Source: an uncultured Gemmatimonadaceae bacterium (GTDB lineage Bacteria; Gemmatimonadota; Gemmatimonadetes; Gemmatimonadales; Gemmatimonadaceae). Taken from it: 64,000 nucleotides of DNA. Under the pieces are notes generated by a model, which saw only the letters and a list, made by a program, of their open reading frames with translations, was not told the DNA's origin and did not search any database. Numbering within the stretch: position 1 is the first letter of the stretch; every line of letters starts with the position of its first letter. The stretch spans positions 2,336,001 through 2,400,000 of the forward strand of contig CAWJMB010000002.1 of NCBI GenBank assembly GCA_963843845.1, written 5' to 3'. The translations under genes were made by a program, and so were the position numbers. Positions 52,134 through 60,499 of the stretch are shown here, piece after piece.

Positions 52134-53366
52134 TGGCGCGACGAATCGAGCGCGCGTACGGCGTCGAACCCGGCCGCGGCGGCCGCGGCGATGCACTCGA
52201 TCGCGCCGGGGTCGTGCGCGAGTGACGCGTAGTTGTACGCGCCGCGCTTGAGCAGGACGCCGGCGTCGCGCGCGGCCGCGAGGAAGCGCGTCTCCCGCGC
52301 CGGATCGTCCCAGCGGAGCAACCACATCGCGTCGAGACCGTCGATCGTGACGCCGGACGTGCGAGACGTCGCGAGCGCCTGCGCTGACCGCGCCACGCAT
52401 CCGACGACCGGCCGCGGCCAGCGCGGCGCACACGTCTTCGCCCGCATGACGATCGAGCACGGCATCCGCGGCGCCGAACGCGACCGCGTCGCTCGCGAGC
52501 GTGCTCGAGATCCAGGTGTCGTGCACCGCGTCCATCACGTCGCGTCGGCCGACGGCGGCGGCGAGCGGGAACCCGTTCGCGAGCGCCTTGCCGAATGTCG
52601 CGAGGTCGGGCACCACCGCGCCGAGTGCCTGGTAGCCGCCTGCGTGGAGGCGGAACCCGGTCTTGATCTCGTCGAAGATCAGCACGGCATGAGCGGTATC
52701 GGCGAGGCGCCGCGCGCCCGTGAGGTAGCCGTCCGGCGGAACGCGCTCGACGACCGGCTCGACGACGATCGCCGCGAGATCGTTCCCGGCTGCCGCTGCG
52801 GCGGCGGTCAGCGCGTTCGTGTCGCCCCACGGTACGGCGGCGAAGTCGCGCCGAACGCCGTCCGGCACGCCTGCCGCGCTGCTGCACCAGTCCATCCATC
52901 CGAAGTACCCGGCGCCGATCACGTGCGATCGGCCGGTGTACGTCCGCGCGAGCCGCACCGCCGCCGCGACCGATTCGGCGCCGCTCTTGAAGAACAGCGC
53001 GCGCTCCGCGCAGGGGATCGTCGCGCACAGCCGCTCCGCGACCTGCACCTCGAGCGTGTGCGTCAATCCCGTGACCCCGCGTCCGATCTGCCTCGCCGCC
53101 CGCGCCGACACCGCCGGGTCGGCGTAGCCGAGTGCGACGGCGCCCAACGCCATCGTGCAATCGACGAACGTGCGGCCGCCAGGGGTCGTCACGCGGCACC
53201 CCGCCGCGTCGACATAGTGCGACGGCGCATCTTCGTGTGCGGCGCCGAACATCGTCGGCGGGCGCTTGCTCCCCGTCGACGTCACGCCCGCGACCGACGA
53301 CCCCGCACGCCGCCGCCACTCGGCGTCGATCAGCGACGGGTCGACGGCGACGCTCGCGCGGATCAC
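52130..53366 (-). CDS. Class III PLP aminotransferase (glutamate-1-semialdehyde aminomutase-like); frameshift near 52385
   Basis: FVDC.MALG...LGY, KSGAES, VVEP, LIFDEIKTGFR, PDLATFGKALANGFP. Confidence 0.85.
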
Positions 53367-54187
53367 GTCGACGGCTCCCCGGCGTTGTGCGCCGCCGCGC
53401 CGGCGCGTGCCTCCGCGAGGGTGCGGGCGCGCGTGAGACGCTCCACGCGTTCGACCGTTCGCAGAATCTCGATGAACACCGCGCGGAGGAGCGTCAGCTC
53501 GCGTGAGTTCGGGTCCGCACGGAAGAGCATCGACCGGATGCCGCGCATGACGTGCTCGGGGTTGCGCGACTTGAAGAAGTCGAGCGCCGCGAGGCCGCGG
53601 TGCGCGTCGGTGAAGAACAGCTCCCACTCCGCCCCCCGCGGCGGCGGGGCGTCCTTTCGCGGACGACCGTGACCGGCGCGGGTCGCGTCGCCCGCCGCGA
53701 GATGTAGCTCGTAGAGCGCGACGAGCACCGCCTGCGCCAGGTTGAGCGACGCATGCTCCGTCGTGGGGATCGTGACGACGGTGTGCGTGCGGTCGAGCGC
53801 GTCGCCGGGCAGCCCGTCGTCCTCGCGGCCGAAGAGCAGGGCGACCCGTCCGTCGGCAGCGCGATCCAGCGCCACCGGCGCGAACTCGCGCGGTGTCGTG
53901 CGGGGCCACTTCGCGGCACGCCGTCGCCCGGAGAAGCCGGCGACGTAGACGCAGTCGGCGAGGGCCGCGTCGAGCGCGTCGAAGTGTCGGATCCGGGCGA
54001 CGATGTCGCGCGTGTTGTGGGCGACCTGCTCGATGCGGTTCGGCTCGTAGTACACGGGATTCACGAGCCGCAGGTCGCGCAGCCCCATGTTCTTCATCAC
54101 GCGAACGACGGCGCCGATGTTGATCGGGTCCTGGGGCTCGAACAGCACGACACACGCGGCGTCGAGAATCGTGGAGCGGTCGGTCAT
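53363..54187 (-). CDS. trmJ: SPOUT RNA methyltransferase, TrmJ/LasT family
   Basis: VVL.EPQ.P.NIGAV.RVMKNMG, LLFGREDDGL, SLNLAQAV...LYE. Confidence 0.85.
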   Translation of the reverse strand: MTDRSTILDAACVVLFEPQDPINIGAVVRVMKNMGLRDLRLVNPVYYEPNRIEQVAHNTRDIVARIRHFDALDAALADCVYVAGFSGRRRAAKWPRTTPREFAPVALDRAADGRVALLFGREDDGLPGDALDRTHTVVTIPTTEHASLNLAQAVLVALYELHLAAGDATRAGHGRPRKDAPPPRGAEWELFFTDAHRGLAALDFFKSRNPEHVMRGIRSMLFRADPNSRELTLLRAVFIEILRTVERVERLTRARTLAEARAGAAAHNAGEPST

Positions 54188-57037
54188 CTAGGAGAACGCA
54201 GGCGTGTCGATGAGATCGACGGCGACGAGGCGCGCAGCGTCGTGCCGATCGCCCTGAAGATAGGCGAACTCGCCGCGGGCGCCGGAGAGTACGAGCTGGC
54301 CGCGGCGACGCTCGCGGAGCGGCGTCGTCTCGTTCACGACGACGTCGAAGGCGAACGACGACGCGCGGCGTCCGCCGATGGCGTCGAGCGGGATCGTCGC
54401 GACGATCGCGTAGCCGAGTGGCTCGCGGCGCCACGTCGCGCGCACTCGAACGCTCGACGCGCGCGGTGAGAGCGCGATCGCGCGAACCGCGTCGCCTTCC
54501 GCCACCGGCATCAACAGCCAGCCGAGCATCGCGTCGCCGTGAGGCTCGCCCTGCTCGCCGGCCTGCAGATAGAGCTGCACGCCGTCAGCATTGACCTCGG
54601 CGCGCTCGGTGTCGAGGGGGTTCTCGGTGTGCTGCGGAACGAAGGTCGGGCACCGGTGCCGCACCTGCGTCTCGACGATGATCGCGGCGTCGGTACGACT
54701 GACGATCACGCGCGCGCTCGGGCGCTCCGCGTCGTGCCAGGTCTGTTCGGTGCGTCGGTAGTTGATCTCTCCGAGCGCGAACTCGAGTGGGCCGGAACGA
54801 TCGGTGAGCGCGTAGCGCGGGCTCGACTGGCGTCCGGCCCCCGACGCGGTGTGGGCGGGCGGCGCACCGGGCGCCGAACGCGGGCTCCGCGCACCGCCCA
54901 GGACGTGCTGAGAATGCAGACCGCCACGACGGGTCGCGACGTGCCAGCGCCGTTCGGTCAGCGAGTGCGTGTCGGCCGTGCGACCGTCCGCGTGTCGCAC
55001 GACGATCTCCTCGGGCCGCGCGTCGTCGCCCGAGACGACGACGTCCTCCACACGCGCGCTCGTGTCCCACACGCTCGTGATCACGCCGCGGCTCGCGTGC
55101 ATCCGCACGATCTGAAACTCGCGCGTCCCCATCCCCGGCGCGCCGGGCGCGGCGGCGCGGATCAGCGTCGCCTCGAGGGAGGGGGTGATCCACGCACGGC
55201 ACTCGTGATCGCCGCTCGTCGCGAGCCGCGCGGAATGCGGCGCGATCACGGCGCGTGCGGCCGGTGCCCGCAGCCGCACCGCCGTGTGCGCGTCGACCGG
55301 CGCCACGCGCGCCGCGGTCACCCCGTCGAACCCGTCCTCCAGCCGCCCGGCGCCGACGAGCGACACCTCGGTCCACGACCGTGCGTCGTCGGCGATCGCG
55401 TCCATGTGGAGCGGCAGGTCGAAGGTGACGACCCGATCGGCGCTCCACTCGATGCGGTCGACGACGTACGACGGGCCGACGACGACCGCACGACGCACGA
55501 CGACCCCCGGCGCGATGGTCGCCGTCGCGTGCGCCCACCCCCACCTGCCGTCGTCATCGTACGCGTCGAGGACGCCGTCGACGCGATGCTGCGAGCGTCC
55601 GTCGACGAGCGGCGCGTTGTGCGCCAGCGTGCTGCGGTACCAGTGCAACGAGCGGTCGACGTACGACCCGGTGCCCATGTCGTCGAGCCAGCGTCGGGGA
55701 CCGTCGACGAGGAGCAGGTTCAGTCGGTCGGGGTGACCGTGCCCGCCGCCGGACGCACCGTAGTCGAGCCCGACCCACCGGCGCCCGCCGTCGCGGCGGA
55801 ACACGGCCAGCCCCTGCGCGTCGAGGAGCACCGACGGCGGCGTCCACGTGGCCGAGGGCACGTCGGCGCGCGCGAAGAGCAGCGACTTCCACCCGAGGTC
55901 GGCGCGCGTCAGGCGCGTCGGCGGCTCGTTGCGCTCGCTCTCGGCGGCGGTGCGCCAGCGGCCGGTGTCGCTTCGCGCGATACCGTCGTCGCCGTAGAGG
56001 GTCGTGAGGGTCGCGGCGAGTCGCTCGTCGTCCGTCCGCGCGAAGCCGAGCTCGCACCACTCGGCCCAGCGCCACTGACGAAGCGACGTGGCCCACTGCG
56101 AATCGCGTCGCGCAGGGAGCGTGAGATCGGGATACGCCGTGAGGAGCGGCGCGACGAAACCGTCGTCGAATCGCGCCAGCAATCGCGGCGGGAGCGCGAT
56201 GCCGGCGCGCTCGGCGATCACGACGCCGTACCACAGCCCGCGGTGTGCGAACTGGTGATAGTTCTCCCCTTCGTACCACGTCCCGTCGGCGAGCAGCCCG
56301 TCGCCGAGGTGCGCCGCGACGCCCGACGGGCCGAGGAGCGCACGCTCGACACCGCCGGGCTCCCCCAACGCGTACGATGCGGCTGCGATCGCGGCAGCGT
56401 TCCAGACCTGACGGTTCGACCGGCCCTCGTCGTACTCGGCGACGAGCGCGCGACTGGGCTCGACGATGCGCTCCCGCACGCGTCCGCCTAACGTCCGGAT
56501 CGCGTCCCGGTCGTCGAGCTCGAGCAGGTCCAGCGCGACGCAGACCTGCAGCAGCCAGATCGACTCGAGGTAGGTCGAGAAGAACGGACGCGTCGGCCCG
56601 AGGACGTTGTCCTGGTTGGGATAGGAGAGATAGCGGTCCGCGAGCTCGGCGAGCACTTGCGTCGCGAACGTGCGAGCGACGACGTCGTCGCGCAGCAGCG
56701 CGAGTGTCGCGCCGTGTACGGCACGCTCGGCGAGCCAGAGCTGGTACCACATGATCCACCAGCGATAGTGCGCGTCGTCGTCGTACGCGCGACGGCAGGC
56801 AGGACACACGTGGTGACGCGGCGCGAACGGATCGAACCCGAGCGGCGCGCCGTCGACCGGACACCGCCCGCCGACGCGCGTGAGGCGGGCCTTCTCGGCC
56901 GGGACGAAGAGCGGTCGAGCCGCCGCGGCGTGCAGGTCGGCGGCGAGCGACGCGGCGAGCGGGTCGAGCGCCCCGCGCGCGATCGTCCGGCGCGCGCCTA
57001 ACGACCGGGTGTCGACGAGCAACCCTCGACCACTCAT
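54188..57037 (-). CDS. Heparinase II/III-like (oligosaccharide lyase-like) protein, about 950 aa, cytoplasmic
   Basis: ATG 57037; SNRQVWN, DGTWYEG.NYH, GGHGHPDRL, D.GTGSY, WYRSTLAHN.PLVDG; CBM9-like tail (DGVQLY, FDVVVN). Confidence 0.8.
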   Translation of the reverse strand: MSGRGLLVDTRSLGARRTIARGALDPLAASLAADLHAAAARPLFVPAEKARLTRVGGRCPVDGAPLGFDPFAPRHHVCPACRRAYDDDAHYRWWIMWYQLWLAERAVHGATLALLRDDVVARTFATQVLAELADRYLSYPNQDNVLGPTRPFFSTYLESIWLLQVCVALDLLELDDRDAIRTLGGRVRERIVEPSRALVAEYDEGRSNRQVWNAAAIAAASYALGEPGGVERALLGPSGVAAHLGDGLLADGTWYEGENYHQFAHRGLWYGVVIAERAGIALPPRLLARFDDGFVAPLLTAYPDLTLPARRDSQWATSLRQWRWAEWCELGFARTDDERLAATLTTLYGDDGIARSDTGRWRTAAESERNEPPTRLTRADLGWKSLLFARADVPSATWTPPSVLLDAQGLAVFRRDGGRRWVGLDYGASGGGHGHPDRLNLLLVDGPRRWLDDMGTGSYVDRSLHWYRSTLAHNAPLVDGRSQHRVDGVLDAYDDDGRWGWAHATATIAPGVVVRRAVVVGPSYVVDRIEWSADRVVTFDLPLHMDAIADDARSWTEVSLVGAGRLEDGFDGVTAARVAPVDAHTAVRLRAPAARAVIAPHSARLATSGDHECRAWITPSLEATLIRAAAPGAPGMGTREFQIVRMHASRGVITSVWDTSARVEDVVVSGDDARPEEIVVRHADGRTADTHSLTERRWHVATRRGGLHSQHVLGGARSPRSAPGAPPAHTASGAGRQSSPRYALTDRSGPLEFALGEINYRRTEQTWHDAERPSARVIVSRTDAAIIVETQVRHRCPTFVPQHTENPLDTERAEVNADGVQLYLQAGEQGEPHGDAMLGWLLMPVAEGDAVRAIALSPRASSVRVRATWRREPLGYAIVATIPLDAIGGRRASSFAFDVVVNETTPLRERRRGQLVLSGARGEFAYLQGDRHDAARLVAVDLIDTPAFS

Positions 57038-58650
57038 CGTTCGGCGAGCGACCAGGTAGCGAGCGTGACGAGCTCTCCGCGGAGATCCATCGTGACGCCG
57101 CGGAGACGTGCGCTCAGCCCCTGCAAGCCGCGCGCATGGTAGATCCACGCCACCGGGACGTCGGCAGCGAGCGCTCGCTGCACGTCGCTCCACGCCGCAC
57201 GACGAGCGGAGTCGGTCGAGGCGCCGGTGGCGCGAGCGAACGCGGCGTCGAGCCCCGGCGTGTGGAACGCCGCGTAGTCGAGCGCACCGCCACTCTGCGC
57301 CGACGCGAACATCCCCGAGAGGTGTGCGAGCGACAGATCGCCCGGAATGCCGGTGACGAGCAGGTCGAACGTCTTCTCCTTCCCGCGCGCCGCCGAGAGG
57401 AACGCTCCGAGCTCCATCTGGCGGATGTCGACGCGAATGCCGCGCGCCGCGAGGTCGGCCTGCACCAGCTGCTCGACCGGGTTGTCGCCGCTCGCCACCG
57501 TGTACAGCGTCGCGACGAGCGGCGTGGCACCGCGGCGACGCATCCGGTCGGTGCCGCGCGGCCAGCCGGCGGCGCTCAGCAGCGAGTCGGCGCGGACGGT
57601 GTCGAGCGGATCGCGGCCGGCGAGGGCGAGCGGGTTGTCCGGCGACACCGCGCCGGCGGCGGGCGTGCCGTACCCGGCGACGGCCGCCGCGACGATGCGA
57701 CTTCGGTCGAGCGATGCGTCCACGGCGCGACGAAGGCGAACGTCGTCGAACGGCGGGCGGTGCGTGTTGAAGATGAGCGCGTACGATTGCAGCGTCGGGT
57801 ACGAGCGCACGCGCACCGTCGAGTCGCGAGACGCGAGCGACGCCATCGTGGGGGCGATCCCCGCGGCATCGAGCTCGCCACTCACGAGCCCCGCGTACTT
57901 CGTCGTCGCCTCGTCGACCACCGCGACGACGACGCGCTCGATCGTCGGCGGGCCGCCCAACGCGGCCGGGAACGCGTCGTTGCGCGCGAACACCCACCGC
58001 GCGCCGGCATCGCGCGACACGAAGCGAAAGGGGCCGTTGCCCGTAGGACTGGTGGCGAACCCGGTGCGGCGCATGTCCGCGCGCGGCACGGTCGCCAGCA
58101 GGTGCGCCGGGACGATCGGGAGCTCGCAGAGGATCGACGGGAGGTCGGGCTGCGGCGCGCGAAAGCGGACGACGAGCGTGGTGTCGTCGACGACGTCGGC
58201 CGCTGCGATCGCCGCGACGTCGCTCGCACGCGGGTAGCCGACCGCGGGGTCACGCGCCAGCGCGAGCGTGAACGCGACGTCCCGCGCCGTGGTCGGCGTG
58301 CCGTCGTGCCAGCGCAGCGTCGGCTCGAGGTGGAAGGTCAGCTCGGTCCGATCGCCCGACCAGCTCCACCGGCGCGCGTAGTACGGCGCGGGGCGTAGCA
58401 GCGAGTCGTACCGGGCGAGCGTGACGAACAGTGCGTACCGCTGGATCTGCCGCGACATCGGGTGCACGGTGACCAGCGGGTTCGCTGACTCGAGGTCCGC
58501 GCCCGACGCGAGCACGACCGTGTTCGCCGCGCGCGGCGTGGCCGAGCACGCCACCGCGCCTAACGCGGCGGCGAGGAAGGCGCACACCATCCGCGCGCTG
58601 CGTCCGACGCGTGTGCCGGCGCTTGCGCTGCCGCGACGAAGTGTCATCAT
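57034..58650 (-). CDS. Family-5 (Dpp/Opp-type) ABC substrate-binding lipoprotein
   Basis: Lipobox-like AVAC; WHDG.P.TA.DV.FT, GNGPFRF, PFDD.RLRRA. Start at 58650 or 58590. Confidence 0.88.
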   Translation of the reverse strand: MMTLRRGSASAGTRVGRSARMVCAFLAAALGAVACSATPRAANTVVLASGADLESANPLVTVHPMSRQIQRYALFVTLARYDSLLRPAPYYARRWSWSGDRTELTFHLEPTLRWHDGTPTTARDVAFTLALARDPAVGYPRASDVAAIAAADVVDDTTLVVRFRAPQPDLPSILCELPIVPAHLLATVPRADMRRTGFATSPTGNGPFRFVSRDAGARWVFARNDAFPAALGGPPTIERVVVAVVDEATTKYAGLVSGELDAAGIAPTMASLASRDSTVRVRSYPTLQSYALIFNTHRPPFDDVRLRRAVDASLDRSRIVAAAVAGYGTPAAGAVSPDNPLALAGRDPLDTVRADSLLSAAGWPRGTDRMRRRGATPLVATLYTVASGDNPVEQLVQADLAARGIRVDIRQMELGAFLSAARGKEKTFDLLVTGIPGDLSLAHLSGMFASAQSGGALDYAAFHTPGLDAAFARATGASTDSARRAAWSDVQRALAADVPVAWIYHARGLQGLSARLRGVTMDLRGELVTLATWSLAER

Positions 58651-58656
58651 CGGTCG

Positions 58657-59636
58657 ATGCTCGCTCTCGTTCGCAAAGCTGCGACCAGCGTCGCGCTGCT
58701 CTGGCTCGTCGTGTCGCTCACCTTCGTGCTGGTGCACCTCGCGCCGGGCGATCCGGCGACGTTGCTGCTTCCGCCCGAGGCGAGCGCGTCGGACGCTGCA
58801 CTGCTCCGCGCCCGCCTCGGCCTCGACGCGATCGCTCGCCGAGCAATATGCACGGTGGCTCGGGCGCGCGGCTGCGCGGCGACCTCGGCGTGAGCGTGGC
58901 GCTCGGGCGGCCGGTGTCGCGCGTGCTCGCCGACGCGCTGCCCGTCTCGCTCGCGCTCGGCGCGACGTCGCTGGCGCTGACGTTCGTCGTCGGCGCGGCA
59001 GTCGGCACGTGGCAGGCGGCACGCCGCGGGCGCCGCGACGACATGGCGCTCACGATCGCGACGACCGCCGTGTACGCGGCGCCGAGCTACTGGCTGAGCC
59101 TCGCGGCGGTGGCGGTGTTCACCTACGGCGCGTCGCGCTGGAACTTCCCGCTCTGGCTCCGGCTTCCCGCCTTCGGCGTGCGCGACCCGGGCGGTCAGCT
59201 CACCGGGTTCGCCTCCGTCGTCGACGTCGCGCGCCACGCCGTGCTTCCGGTGCTCGTCCTGAGCGCGGTCGGCGCGGCCGGGATCGCGCGGTACGCGCGC
59301 GCCTCGATGCTCGACGTGTTGAGTAGCGACTACGTGCGCACGGCGCGGGCGAAGGGACACGGATGGCGTGGTGTCTACGCGCGGCACGCACTCGCGAACG
59401 CGCTCCCGCCGCTCGTCGTGCTCCTCGCGCTCGCGTTCCCGGGGGTGGTCGCGGGGTCGGTGTTCGTCGAGTCGGTGTTCGCGTGGCCGGGGATGGGCCG
59501 TGCGACCGTGCAGGCGATCGGATCGCGCGACTACCCGGTCGTACTCGGCGCGACCGTGCTCTACGCGTCGCTCGTCATCGGCGCGAACCTGGCGGCGGAC
59601 CTGCTGCTGCCGGCGCTCGACCCCCGGCGCCGATGA
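58657..59636 (+). CDS. ABC permease, DppB/OppB-like; frameshift near 58830
   Basis: TFVLVHLAPGDP, GDLGVS, DYVRTARAKG, HALANAL, VESVFAWPGMG, DYPV, LDPR. Confidence 0.88.
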
Positions 59637-60469
59637 CCCCGCGGCGCACGACATGGCCCCTCGCGACGTTGGGCGCGGTCGCCGCCCTCGCGTTCGTCGG
59701 ACCACTGCTCTTCCGCGGCGATCCGCTCGGCATCACGAACGTGCTCGCGACACGCCTCGTCGCCCCCGGCGCGACCGACGCGCTCGGCCACTTTCACCTG
59801 CTCGGCACCGATCGCTTCGGGCGCGACGTTCTCCAGCGGGCGCTCGTGGCGGGCCGCCTGTCCCTCCTCGTCGGCGTGCTCGGCTCGGTGCTCGCGGGCG
59901 CCGTCGGCGTGCTGGCGGGCGCGATTGCCGGGTGGCGCGGCGGGCTGACCGACGTCGTCGTGACCGCGGCAGCCGACACGATGCTCGCGGTGCCGCGGCT
60001 CGTGCTGCTGCTCGTCATCGCGGCGCTCTGGGGGCCGGGGACGACGACGACGATCGCCGTGCTCGTCGCGACCGGATGGATGGGCGTCGCCCGACTCGTG
60101 CGCGCGGAGGTGTTCGGCGCGCGGCGGCGCGACTGGGTGGACGCCGCGCGGGCGGCAGGGGCGTCACCGCGGCGCATTCTGTGGCGGCACGTGCTGCCCA
60201 ACGCGCTCGGCCCGGCGATCGTGGCGACCACGCTGGGCGTCGGAAACGCCATCCTGCTCGAGAGCGGGCTCTCGTTCCTCGGCCTCGGCATCCAACCCCC
60301 GGCACCGAGCTGGGGGAACATGATCGCCGGCGGGCGCGACCTGATCGTGACGGCGCCGTGGATCGCGATCGCCCCTGGAATCGCGCTGCTCGTCACGGTC
60401 CTCGCATGCACCCTGCTCGGCGACGCGCTCCGCGACGAGCTGGCGGGCGAGGGCGAGGGATCGCGTTAG
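59633..60469 (+). CDS. ABC permease, DppC/OppC-like
   Basis: HLLGTDRFGRD, ARLVRAE, RHVLPNA, ESGLSFLGLG...PSWGNMI, LGDALRD. Confidence 0.92.
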   Translation: MTPRRTTWPLATLGAVAALAFVGPLLFRGDPLGITNVLATRLVAPGATDALGHFHLLGTDRFGRDVLQRALVAGRLSLLVGVLGSVLAGAVGVLAGAIAGWRGGLTDVVVTAAADTMLAVPRLVLLLVIAALWGPGTTTTIAVLVATGWMGVARLVRAEVFGARRRDWVDAARAAGASPRRILWRHVLPNALGPAIVATTLGVGNAILLESGLSFLGLGIQPPAPSWGNMIAGGRDLIVTAPWIAIAPGIALLVTVLACTLLGDALRDELAGEGEGSR

Positions 60470-60499
60470 GCGGTTGCGCCTCCGTCGAGCGCCCGCGCG

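Noticed and set aside
50404..57997. Giant ORFs 50404..53319, 51195..54434 and 54188..57997 as fusion proteins
   Set aside because: They result from open shadow frames plus one frameshift; the individual genes have their own overlapping start and stop signals.
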